From Macrostomum lignano (lineage: Eukaryota), in contig NIVC01000364.1 of NCBI GenBank assembly GCA_002269645.1, positions 310,001-374,000 of the forward strand: 64,000 bases of DNA. Direction: 5' to 3'. The translations under genes were made by a program, and so were the position numbers. The notes below the pieces were generated by a model, which was not told the DNA's origin, made no database searches, and saw nothing but the letters and a program-made list of their open reading frames with translations. Positions 30,801 to 64,000 of the stretch are shown here, one piece after another (the first letter of the stretch is position 1; each line of letters begins with the position of its first letter).

Positions 30801-33800
30801 TCACCCTCACTCAGGTCTAGACTGCCCGCTAGCCTCACCCTCATTCAGGTCTAGACTGCCCGCTAGCCTCACCCTCACTCAGGTTTAGACTGACCGCTAG
30901 CCTCACCCTCATTCAGGTCTAGACTGCCCGCTAACCTCACCCTCACTCAGGTCTAGACTGCCCGCTTACCTCACCCTCACTCAGGTCTAGACTGCCCGCT
31001 AGCCTCACCCTCATTCAGGTCTAGACTGCCCGCTAGCCTCACCCTCACTCAGGTCTAGACTGACCGCTAGCCTCACCCTCATTCAGGTCTAGACTGCCCG
31101 CTAGCCTCACCCTCACTCAGGTTTAGACTGCCCGCTAACCTCACCCTCACTCAGGTCTAGACTGCCCGCTAACCTCACCCTCACTCAGGTCTAGACTGCC
31201 CGCTTACCTCACCCTCACTCAGGTCTAGACTGCCCGCTAGCCTCACCCTCACTCAGGTCTAGACTGCCCGCTAACCTCACCCTCACTCAGGTTTAGACTG
31301 CCCGCTAACCTCACCCTCACTCAGGTCTAGACTGCCCGCTTACCTCACCCTCACTCAGGTCTAGACTGTCCACTAACCTCACCCTCACTCAGGTCTAGAC
31401 TGACCGCTAGCCTCACCCTCACTCAGGTCTAGACTGACCGCTAACCTCACCCTCACTCAGGTCTAGACTGCCCGCTAGCCTCACCCTCATTCAGGTTTAG
31501 ACTGTCCACTAACCTCACCCTCACTCAGGTCTAGACTGACCGCTAGCCTCACCCTCACTCAGGTCTAGACTGACCGCTAGCCTCACCCTCATTCAGGTCT
31601 AGACTGACCGCTAGCCTCACCCTCACTCAGGTCTAGACTGCCCGCTAACCTCACCATCACTCAGGTCTAGACTGTCCACTAACCTCACCCTCACTCAGGT
31701 CTAGACTTCAGGCCATTCCCGCTAACACCTCACCCAGCATGAGGTCGGTCTTCTTCATGTTGTCCCTCTGCACTGAGATGCGCGGATCCTCCGGCATGAA
31801 CTCGGTGCCGTACACCGGTCGTAGCGGCAGGTAGAAAAAGTACAACGGCGGCTCTGTCAGGTTGCTCCGCCGACCAATTCGTGACTGGTACCTGTTGTAG
31901 TAGGGCACTCGTTCTTCGTTGATTTTCGCCACAATGGGATAGAGCTTGGCCTGGATCTTCTCCGGGCTGATGTGGCGCATGCAGCCAATAATTCTCTTCC
32001 TGTTGCCGTGGCCAACGTAGCAGTTGAGCTGGACGGCCAGGATGTAGGCCCGGTGTCTGGCCCTGGCCTGATCCTCGCTGGCCCAGTAGGCCAGCGCGCT
32101 GCCGCTGTTCATGATTGCCCGCGAGAAATACTTCTGCGACTCGGGCAGCAGCATGTGCAGGCTGACCGACACCGCGCCAGCCGACTCGCCAAAGATCGTC
32201 ACCCGTGACGGGTCGCCACCGAAGTACCTGACGGTGGATGCGGATACCGAACCGATTCAATGTCGCTGTTGTATAAAGGAGGTTGAAATTTTGCCACGCC
32301 TAGTGACTTGATAGAGAGGCTTGTACTGTCACACCTTGACTTGATAGAGAGGCTTGTACTGTCACACATTGACTTGAAAGAGAGGCCTGTACTGTCACAC
32401 CTTGACTTGATAGAGAAGCTTGTACTGTCACACCTTGACTTGATAGAGAAGCTTGTACTGTCACACCTTGAGTTGATAGAAAGGCTTGTTCTGTCACACA
32501 TTGACTTACTAGAGAGGCTTGTACTGTCACACGTTGACTTGATAGAGAAGCTTGTACTGTCACACATTGACTTGAAAGAGAGGCTTGTACTGTCACACCT
32601 TGACTTGATAGAGAGGCTTGTACTGTCACACCTTGACTTGATAGAGAGGCTTGTACTGTCACACGTTGACATGATAGAGAAGCTTGTACTGTCACACATT
32701 GAGTTGATAGAAAGGCTTGTACTGTCACACATTGACTTGATAGAGAGGCTTGTACTGTCACACATTATCCTGACAGAGAGGCTTCGGATGTCATACTTAA
32801 GTTTACATTTAGGTCTAGACTGCTACACCAGAAACAGAGGTCTGAGGTGTGGCAGCTCAGGTGCCAGAGTCTCACAAGCATGAGCAGCATTACAGAAATA
32901 GCATTTCCCACTCGACACACAATATGATAATTGTACCTGGCATTCGTCCAAATCCATTTCATAGCCAGCCGTTGGTCCATGAGCCCCATGTTGCCTGGCG
33001 CCTCATCCGGGTCCAGGTACAGGAAGCCGAAGGCGCCGGTTCGGTACTGCATCGAAGCCACCACGACGTCTCCTTTGGAGGCCAGCACTGCGCCATCGTA
33101 AATCTCCAGGGAGGCCGAGCCGCCGTAGAACCCGCCGCCGAATATCCACACCATGACGGCCTTCTTGTCGCCCTGATTCTCGGTGGGGGTCCACACATTC
33201 AGGTAGAGGCAGTCCTCCGACATTTCCGTGTTGTTCCACCAGATTAGCAGAGCCGGATTCTGCCCGGGGTACGCATTTATTGCTGTATAAATCCATGCTT
33301 CCCCAGAATCAGCTCTGCCTACTGCCTCACCAACACAGCACAGCCTCTACCTACCGCCTCATCAACACAGCACAGCCTCCACCTACCGCCTCATCAACAC
33401 AGCACAGCCTCCACCTACCGCCTCATCAACACAGCACAGCCTCAGCTTGTACTGTCTCACCGTCCTACCCGTAGAGTCCTTATCCCCAGCCAAAAGCAAA
33501 ATCTTGCAGTCGCTCACGTTAATCTCAAACTCGGACTTGCTCATAGGCCAGAAGTAGCAGCTCTTCGGCTTGTAGAAGGCGTCGAACGGCTCCCGATAGC
33601 TGAGACCGATGGGCGCATCCAGCGGCACCGGCGCGCGGAACCGCAGGTTGTCGACAGGCGGCCGGGCGTATGGCACGCCCAAGTAGTGCCAGATATCCCG
33701 CCCGGACACGGAGCGCCTGAAGCCTCGGATGTGCGAGTTGTCGGCCAATCGCACAGTGTTGCTGCCCGTGGAGCCGGGCGGCAACGGATTGCCGCCGCCA

Positions 33801-33892
33801 CCCTCGCCGCTGACTGCGATGCTGGAGCTGCGGCTGATGGCCACGGCTGCCAGCAGGAGGCACTGCAGCAGCTGTTTTGTCTGGCCGGGCAT
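27806..33892 (-). CDS. ache: Acetylcholinesterase, GPI-anchored type, 6 exons, 721 aa
   Basis: Exons 33892-33518, 33259-32937, 32227-31734, 29423-28790, 28360-28155 and 27939-27806 are GT-AG with phases 0,2,1,2,1. Motifs include a signal peptide, YLGVPYARPP, SEDCLYLN, oxyanion hole FGGGF, catalytic Ser GESAG, Glu GVVKNEG and His GAMHGYE. The Trp equivalent to Torpedo W84 and three disulfide pairs are present. The C-terminus is a hydrophobic GPI signal (SGGS...AILVGLATVFAAVFCLLW). Confidence 0.95.
28395..28718. repeat. Minisatellite 32 bp (GACGGATATTGGGGTGGGTGAGGCTGTATAAT), AChE intron 4
   Basis: Tandem, about 10 copies. Confidence 0.95.
29553..30040. repeat. Minisatellite 14 bp (GAGATTCTCCCTCT), AChE intron 3
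   Basis: Degenerate tandem repeat. Confidence 0.93.
30612..31706. repeat. Minisatellite 34 bp (CTCACCCTCACTCAGGTCTAGACTGCCCGCTAAC), ~32 copies, AChE intron 3
   Basis: Tandem, period 34. Confidence 0.97.
32303..32780. repeat. Minisatellite 33 bp (CTTGTACTGTCACACCTTGACTTGATAGAGAGG), AChE intron 2
   Basis: Tandem, about 14 copies. Confidence 0.96.
33322..33445. repeat. Short 32 bp tandem repeat, AChE intron 1
   Basis: About 4 copies of CCTACCGCCTCATCAACACAGCACAGCCTCCA. Confidence 0.9.
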
Positions 33893-35408
33893 TTTCGGTA
33901 CCTTGGGCGAGCTGGTTCTGCTGAGTTGCACTTTTTTGGCCTGCAGCGATTTTTTGGAATTGGGGCGGGGGGAGCGGATTAGCCCAGTGGTTAACGCGCG
34001 TCCGACCTTCCAGGTTCGATTCCCAGTGTGTGTATTGAGAATCTCGCAACTGTCTATAAAGAACAGATAGGTTAATATCAGACAGACTGACAGACTGAAC
34101 AGGCTTCACTAACTCGCTCACCCCCGATGCCTTCACACCTTCTTCCTATCTTCTTCGGCACGCAAGTAAGCTGGATTGAGAGATGTGTTCTATCAGGTTT
34201 CTTAATTAATGTGTCGCGGGGGGGGGGAAGTCGAATGGGGACTTAGCCTCATTGACAGTCCATCGCTATAGTGCTGCTCGCGTGACCCATGAAGCGTCAC
34301 TACTAGATACTAGCTCAGGGAGTCAGCCACAAGCCTTCTCCCCATCCCTTATCTGATATGGCTACAGCTTTCCCATTGGGAGATTCGGCGCGATGGAGGG
34401 GAACAAGTGAAGGGGATTAGCTCCGAGTTCGTATCACCCCTCGAGCGGGTTCGCAGTATCACACGACCGGCCCCGGCTCGCATCTGCCCTCCCACTCCCC
34501 CCCAACCCTGGATTCGCCGCTCTCATCAAGGACGGAAAGAGTTGCTAGGCTGAATCGCATGAGAGGGGGGGGCGCTCCCCAATGAAGTGAATTGAGCAGC
34601 CCGCCCTGCTCTCGCTGAGCAGCACGATTTGAGGCGTGGCCAGCCCCAGCTCAGCTGCACAGCTCAGCTGCACTATTCTAATCTTCCCTCCTGCGTCCTC
34701 CCGAGCTGCCCTTCCCCCACTTGCTCAGCCGGGACCTGTGAGCGAGTGAAGAGCTGAGAAGGGGAAGCCGCGCAGCAATAATAAATTATGAACAAGTCGA
34801 TGCGAGGCCCGGGCTTCACAGCAGCAGAATTGATTAGTTCAAACTGCTCGGGCTAAGGCGCCTCTCCAGGGGTGGAAGGGCGAGGAAGGCGCAGGGAAGG
34901 AGAGGATGGAGAGAGAGGCAGCCAAGCCATCGGTTTCGTACCGGCCTTGACGCTCACCAAACCGGACCAGCCCCCCCCCCCCCTTGGACCCGCTGAGTTG
35001 GGGCGGCGGCCGCTGACCCTCCAGTCTTGCAGCAGGGGCCTCTGCTGCTGCTGCTGCACTTTTTGCCGAATCAATTTTTCTCTAGGGCGCGATTGCTGGG
35101 CAATAAAGACAAACTCTTGCGACCGGTTGCGATAAATATTTATAGCGGCTATTGCAATATTCACCGCGAGAAGCGACTAGAAAAATATCCACAGTGAAAT
35201 CTCGCCCCTGGAACGAAGTAATACGAGGCGAAGAAGGTAAAAAATGATTGATAGATTTGTCTAGAAGAATACTGCAAGAGATGCTGATACAGCTTGGATA
35301 GTATCGAGCGATATATAGGTCGCTGGCACTTGCAATTCGTGAGTATTCGTGCGACATGGACAAATTTGTAAATTTGGATAAAATGCATAAATATTAAGAA
35401 GTAGTCAT

Positions 35409-36125
35409 AGATTGGAGTAATCCCACTAGAGGATAGCTGAACTCCCGGCGCCCCAGGCCACAGATTGGAGTGATCCCACTAGAGGATAGCTGAACTCCCG
35501 GCGCCCCAGGCCACAGATTGGAGTGATCCCACTAGAGGATAGCTGAACCCAGATTGGAATGATCCCACTAGAGGATAACTGAACCCAGATTGGAATGATC
35601 CCACTAGAGGATAGCTGAACCCAGATTGAAATGATCCCACTAGAGGATAGCTGAACCCAGATTGAAATGATCCCACTAGAGGATAGCTGAACCCAGATTG
35701 GAATGATCCCACTAGAGGATAGCTGAACCCAGATTGGAATGATCCCACTAGAGGATAGCTGAACCCAGATTGGAATGATCCTACTAGAGGATAACTGAAC
35801 TCCCGGCGCCTCAGGCTATAGATTGGAGTGATCCCACTAGAGGATAGCTGAACCCAGATTGGAATGATCCCACTAGAGGATAACTGAACCCAGATTGGAA
35901 TGATCCCACTAGAGGATAGCTGAACCCAGATTGAAATGATCCCACTAGAGGATAGCTGAACCCAGATTGGAATGATCCTACTAGAGGATAACTGAACTCC
36001 CGGCGCCTCAGGCTATAGATTGGAATGATCCCACTAGAGGATAACTGAACCCAGATTGGAATGATCCCACTAGAGGATAACTGAACCCAGATTGGAATAA
36101 TCCCACTAGAGGATAACTGAACCCC
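35409..36125. repeat. Minisatellite 36 bp (AGATTGGAATGATCCCACTAGAGGATAGCTGAACCC)
   Basis: Tandem with occasional longer variant units. Confidence 0.96.
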
Positions 36126-36127
36126 AG

Positions 36128-36266
36128 CCTCCAGCGGCTCACCTATCGAGTTGTCAATCAAGCCAACCTCCGGGGTCGCCCGTTCTCGCTTCACTCCGGC
36201 CCTGTTCGCCTGCGGATGGACGCCGAGAACCTCGCCAAGCTTCAGGCCCAGGGCCTCAGCTGCTAA
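36128..36266 (+). other. Cryptic exon-like segment (strand and role ambiguous)
   Basis: On +: CCCCAG acceptor, then an open GC3-rich frame LQRLTYRVVNQANLRGR...QGLSC-stop. On -: an open frame ending at a TAG|GTGAGC donor at 36143. Confidence 0.3.
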
Positions 36267-37054
36267 ATAACTGAGCTGAGCCAAGTCTCAACCTCCTTCC
36301 CCACCCTGGCAGTCTTCTCTAGCCAGTAGAAAATCGAGAAACGTTCTTGCACTTTTTCCTAAATCCCTTCTCTAATTTCTTCCCTTTTTTTCTATCTTTC
36401 TCTCCTCTTCTTATCGTGAGCCGGGGCGACTCCCCCCCCCCCTAGTGCGCCAGTGCGGGTTTCGGTTTTGAGCCAATTTGGAACTGCGCAGCGTTGCGCA
36501 TAGGAGATCTTTAGGGCATGATGAAGAAGCATGTAGCTAACAGGCTCAGAGTTTACCAACTTACTCCCATGCTGCTCCAGCCCCCCCCCCCAATTCCCTT
36601 GCATTGCAGGCTGCAACCAGCTTCCTACATTCTCCATCTCTAACTGCCTGGGCGCGGAGACACGGGGAGGGACGGAGAAAAGATGCAGTGCAGAGGCAAA
36701 GGGTTTAGAGTGGAGCAGGAGGGAGTTGAGGAAGAGGCTACTCAGCTCACCGCGGGAGGCTGGAGTGCGGCAAAGAGCCCCATCCTTCTTCCCTGTCTCC
36801 ACTGCCGCCTTAAGCCCTGTGTGTCGCAAAAGAGGCGAATTGTTACAAGAGGCGCTTCAAGCCCCAGCTGCTCTCAAATTCAACTCGGGATTACTGACAG
36901 CCATATAGTTTTACAAGTTGGATTTCGCCTTTATTCCACTGATTGAGGGCATCTAAGCGTCTAACATACTGGATTATGATGTGCCCTTTACAAGCAAATT
37001 TGTAGACCATCCTAGTTTATGGCAGATCTATGATAGTTGTTCTGTGAATAATTG

Positions 37055-37812
37055 CTTTGGAGCTGCAGCTTAGCATTCTAGGAAAGGTCATTGAATGAAC
37101 GCATTGGAGCTGCAGCTTAGCAGTCTAGGAAAGGTCATTGTAATGAACGCATTGGAGCTGCAGCTTAGCAGTCTAGGAAAGGTCATTGTAATGAACGCAT
37201 TGGAGCTGCAGCTTAGCAGTCTAGGAAAGGTCATTGTAATGAACGCATTGGAGCTGCAGCTTAGCATTCTAGGAAAGGTCTTTGTAATGAGCGCATTGGA
37301 GCTGCAGCTTAGCATTCTAGGAAAGGTCATTGTAATGAACGCATTGGAGCTGCAGCTTAGCAGTCTAGGAAAGGTCATTGTAATGAACGCATTTGAGCTG
37401 CAGCTTAGCATTCTAGGAAAGGTCATTGTAATTAACGCATTGGAGCTGCAGCTTAGCATTCTAGGAAAGGTCTTTGTAATGAACGCATTGGAGCTGCAGC
37501 TTAGCATTCTAGGAAAGGTCATTGTAATTAACGCATTGGAGCTGCAGCTTAGCATTCTAGGAAAGGTCATTGTAATTAACGCATTGGAGCTGCAGCTTAG
37601 CAGTCTAGGAAAGGTCATTGTAATGAACGCATTGGAGCTGCAGCTTAGCATTCTAGGAAAGGTCATTGTAATGAACGCATTGGAGCTGCAGCTTAGCAGT
37701 CTAGGAAAGGTCATTGTAATGAACGCATTTGAGCTGCAGCTTAGCAGTCTAGGAAAGGTCATTGTAATGAACGCATTGGAGCTGCAGCTTAGCAGTCTAG
37801 GAAAGGTCATTA
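37055..37812. repeat. Minisatellite 48 bp (GCATTGGAGCTGCAGCTTAGCAGTCTAGGAAAGGTCATTGTAATGAAC), ~15 copies
   Basis: Tandem, period 48. Confidence 0.97.
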
Positions 37813-38166
37813 AATGAGCATAGCAATTATACATTTGAGTATTTCAAGCAGCCCTACTACAAAGAGCAAAACTTACCGATCGAGTTAGCTTTTTCGAATC
37901 CAGACGAATCCCCTTTGACGTGAGGCTGCCGTGAACTACTCTCGACCCTAAAGAGCAATTCTATCAAATGCGCTACCGTAAGGAGATCTCTGGCTTATTC
38001 TTGAATCTCTTGTCCGGCCTTTAAGCTTTACTCTCTCTCCTCTCCTCTCCTCTCTGTCCAACCGGGACCGCCACTTGAATTTATGCATTCAGCCCCAACC
38101 CTCCAGTGCAAACACAAGATCCAATGCCGATAGGCCCGCATCAGCTTAATCCTTTGCTTCAAAGTT

Positions 38167-38167
<1 letters not shown>

Positions 38168-38212
<45 letters not shown>
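38168..38212. repeat. (TC)n microsatellite
   Basis: Perfect dinucleotide run. Confidence 0.95.
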
Positions 38213-38214
<2 letters not shown>

Positions 38215-38701
38215 CTCGGCCTTTTACAAGCAGTTTCAAACAAATACTCCGGGGGGGGGATTTTTATCCCCTATCCGATCCACGCAGCAGGCTCCTTAAC
38301 ATGTCCGCCGCTTGTCTTGTCCTTAAAGCGAAAGGGGGTACGACACTCCTCTCTCGCCCACAGTTGGAGGCAGTTGGCACTGGCCACGTGGCGTTGCCGA
38401 AGCGCCCCCGAGGGGGCAGCACACTCACACACTCACTCAGGCCGCCTCTGCAGACTTAAAGAATGCGAGTTGCGCCCACACCATGTTCCTCATTATTCCT
38501 ATCCTGCATGCCGAGTGTCCAACCGGGTTTTTGTCCGTGTTTCTGTCCTAGGAACTACAAGCTATGATAAATTGTGTTTTAAAGGGACTGTTCGGCGGGT
38601 TTAAACGTCAAACTTTATACGAGCTGGAACTGGAGAGGGAGCAAAATTAATTGCCAAGGGGACATTTATAACCCGCAGCTGTTTGTTCCTTAGTTCTGGC
38701 C

Positions 38702-39890
38702 AGATGCAGTGGATAGATGCAGTGGATAGATGCAGTGGATAGATGCAGTGGATAGATGCAGTGGATAGATGCAGTGGATAGATGCAGTGGATCGATGCAG
38801 TGGATAGATGCAGTGGATAGATGCAGTGTATAGATGCAGTGGATAGATGCAGTGGATAGATGCAGTGGATCGATGCAGTGGATAGATGCAGTGGATAGAT
38901 GCAGTGGATAGATGCAGTGGATAGATGCAGTGGATAGATGCAGTGGATAGATGCAGTGGATAGATGCAGTGGATAGATGCAGTGGATAGATGCAGTGGAT
39001 AGATGCAGTGGATAGATGCAGTGGATAGATGCAGTGGATAGATGCAGTGGATAGATGCAGTGGATAGATGCAGTGGATAGATGCAGTGGATAGATGCAGT
39101 GGATAGATGCAGTGGATAGATGCAGTGGACAGATGCAGTGGATAGATGCAGTGGATAGATGCAGTGGACAGATGCAGTGGATAGATGCAGTGGATAGATG
39201 CAGTGGATAGATGCAGTGGATAGATGCAGTGGATAGATGCAGTGGATAGATGCAGTGGATAGATGCAGTGGATAGATGCAGAGGACAGATGCAGTGGATA
39301 GATGCAGTGGATAGATGCAGTGGATAGATGCAGTGGACAGATGCAGTGGACAGATGCAGTGGACAGATGCAGTGGACAGATGCAGTGGACAGATGCAGTG
39401 GACAGATGCAGTGGACAGATGCAGTGGACAGATGCAGTGGACAGATGCAGTGGACAGATGCAGTGGATAGATGCAGTGGATAGATGCAGTGGATAGATGC
39501 AGTGGATAGATGCAGTGGATAGATGCAGTGGATAGATGCAGTGGATAGATGCAGTGGATAGATGCAGTGGATAGATGCAGTGGATAGATGCAGTGGATAG
39601 ATGCAGTGGACAGATGCAGTGGACAGATGCAGTGGACAGATGCAGTGGATAGATGCAGTGGATAGATGCAGTGGATAGATGCAGTGGATAGATGCAGTGG
39701 ATAGATGCAGTGGACAGATGCAGTGGATAGATGCAGTGGATAGATGCAGTGGATAGATGCAGTGGATAGATGCAGTGGACAGATGCAGTGGACAGATGCA
39801 GTGGATAGATGCAGTGGATAGATGCAGTGGATAGATGCAGTGGATAGATGCAGTGGATAGATGCAGTGGACAGATGCAGTGGACAGATGG
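38702..39890. repeat. Minisatellite 13 bp (GATGCAGTGGATA), ~90 copies
   Basis: Tandem, period 13. Confidence 0.98.
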
Positions 39891-40769
39891 AGCAGCTTAG
39901 ACCATGGACTACTGGGCCTTTAACTCGGAATGGAAACTGCAGCTTTTATCATGGACTGCCCTGAGGGGGCTGTAGCCCAGTGGTCTGGCGCGGCGCTCTG
40001 ATGCGCCAGTGGCCCAGGCTCGATTCCAAGTGCAGTCACATTAATTTGGGGCTGAATTGGAATCTCAGCTTGACTTTGCTCGCGCAATTAACGGCCTTAA
40101 GGGCCAACCCCCAAGGCACAGTGAAGTGTACATGCCTAACGATAAATAAAGTTAGGGCCGCTGTACACTCCTGTGTGAGTGTGTGCCTGCGTACGTATCC
40201 GCGCGCTTGTGTGCCTGCTCAGGGGAGTCGGTGAAATGGGCAGCAATGCCTCTCGCCGGTTGTGTGACAATGTCGCTTAAAGTGCGCCAGGGCGCACGCA
40301 GACTTCTGCCTCTAAAAAACTAAAAAAATGGGACTAGCTGCCTTGAATGAGGGAAATAAACTCGCTGTAAACCTCTAATCATAATTAGATTACTTATTTA
40401 GTTTTAGGTTAGAACTGAAAACTAATAAGTGCAGTTGTTTCAGTATTAAAGAACATATTTGACTTTGCAGTTGAAGCCAACAACAAACTTGCCGGCCGGC
40501 CGTTAAAGCAGAAATCAGGCCAAGTCATTTTCTGAATGAATGAAAATTGGCTTTCGCAAACAGAGCTTCCGTCTTAACACTTGGCAATCGTAAAGTTACA
40601 ATTTGGGACTGGCTTTCGCAGACCCGCGGTCCCTGGGTAAGTGTCGCGGAAAATAACAGATAACCAATAAGATATAACTTGAGCTTAAAGTCTGGTAAGG
40701 AATATACGAGCTAGCTAGTATATTTATCGTATCGCCAGTGCATTTAGTATGCTCTTGAGAATGCATTGC

Positions 40770-40990
40770 GCTATTCAGGGGCGCCAATAAGGGGCGCTAA
40801 CCAAGGGCCCTATTCAGGGGCGCCAATCAGGGTTGCTAATCAGGGGCGCCAATCAGGGGTGCCAATCAGAGGCCCTAATCAGGGGCGCCAATCAGGGGTG
40901 CCAATCAGAGGCCCTAATCAGGGGTGCCAATCAGGGGCGCCAATCAGGGGTGCCAATCAAGGGCGCTAATCAGGGGCGCCAGCTAGGGGC
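40770..40990. repeat. Degenerate 13 bp tandem repeat (AGGGGCGCCAATC)
   Basis: Tandem with variants. Confidence 0.9.
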
Positions 40991-41275
40991 GACGTCCAGG
41001 GTTTCATTAGCGCCATCGCTAAGTACATGATGTAAGAGTCACAACAGACATCCCCCTAAGAGATAAAAGGATTAATTGAAATCTGAAATGCCCTCACACA
41101 ACTCCAGACTGAGCATGAGAATATTGTCTATGGTCTTGAGTTCCAAGAAGGGACTCATGCAAGCATAGCCCTGCGCGTCTTGTGAATTATAAGTAGTTCT
41201 TACTTGACACAACGTTGTTTATTGAAACTTAGGTATCGAGACGGACGAAAGCAGCAATTAGACAAGAATCAAGAA

Positions 41276-46750
<5,475 letters not shown>

Positions 46751-47443
46751 TGAGATCCTGGTGAGGATGCAGTGGAGGATGCTGACTGAAGTTCATCTCC
46801 AACTGCACCGAATAACACAACGCAAGTCTGCGAAATTAAACAAATTATTTCTAGCTATTATTGTAGGAGTTTAATTTTATTAATACCGATGAAGTACTTA
46901 CATTTGCATTATCCATTGCACTATATAAGTACAAAAACCATTATTGCCAGTCAAGCATTTATTTTCATTGCATTAATGTGCGGAATATCAATTTTTTTTG
47001 GAGACTTGCCACCGACCCAGCAATGCAGCTCGTACAGAATGCACTCACTGTCTTTGCCTCATAATTTTAGTCTCCTAAGTTAAAGAAAGTAATAAACGCG
47101 GATCAAGTCGAAACAATCGAGGTGTACTTTTATATTTTACTTGTACTTTTATTAAAAATACGGGCAAGATTTTGTTTCTCGAATGGTTTTCATCCAAGCT
47201 GTTAGTAAATATTTGTTTTAAGAATCTCGGTTAGACAGCAATGAATTAGTAAAAAAATAATACACAAAACTTGAGAATATTTATCATTTTTGTTGGTCGG
47301 GGTCTCAATGAATAAAGTAGTTCCAAAAATTGAATATTTTTCCCAAAAGAAAGTCTGTCTCTAAATTGGCAAGTTTATATAGAATACTACGCTCGTAAGC
47401 TGATAGAGGATGCAGTTCATTCTCCGCCTCACAACCGCTGGTA

Positions 47444-63927
<16,484 letters not shown>

Positions 63928-64000
63928 CTGCGGTCGAAATGTGGCAAAGAAAAATCCGTATGAACTATCATTAAATGACTGTGCTTAGAAAAAACTTCAG

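Noticed and set aside
37088-37834. 240/248 aa ORFs on both strands that look like Leu-rich repeats
   Set aside because: A 48-bp unit divisible by 3 that happens to lack stops; no splice or promoter support, and near-identical units at DNA level.

Overview
Eukaryotic (animal) genomic DNA with spliceosomal GT-AG introns. It has GC-rich exons, very short introns and introns inflated by private minisatellites. About 38 tandem arrays cover roughly 27 kb (about 42%) of the window. This architecture and the AChE type suggest a free-living flatworm such as Macrostomum, but that is an inference, not a database result. I assembled six multi-exon genes by hand with phase-consistent splice sites: (1) CARD-caspase, + strand, 673-4035, 4 exons, 467 aa; (2) secreted PAN/apple plus C-type lectin protein, - strand, 6659-5273, 2 exons, 262 aa; (3) group-I PAK kinase, + strand, 13353-20820, 5 exons, 610 aa; (4) GPI-anchored acetylcholinesterase, - strand, 33892-27806, 6 exons, 721 aa; (5) an unrecognised orphan gene, + strand, 41276-46750, 5 exons, about 297 aa; (6) a WDR49-like EF-hand/WD40 ciliary protein, - strand, more than 22 exons, 63927-47444, whose 5' end lies beyond the window. 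Most long ORFs in the supplied track are artefacts of tandem repeats. There are no CRISPR arrays, rRNA or intact tRNA genes. The most interesting signals are minisatellites that arise at, and copy, splice sites; a 40-bp array carrying about 43 AG|GTGAG acceptor-donor fusions; a CpG-eroded AT-rich island with a tRNA-like relic; a candidate alternative PAK first exon; a CORE-like SINE; and the orphan gene.
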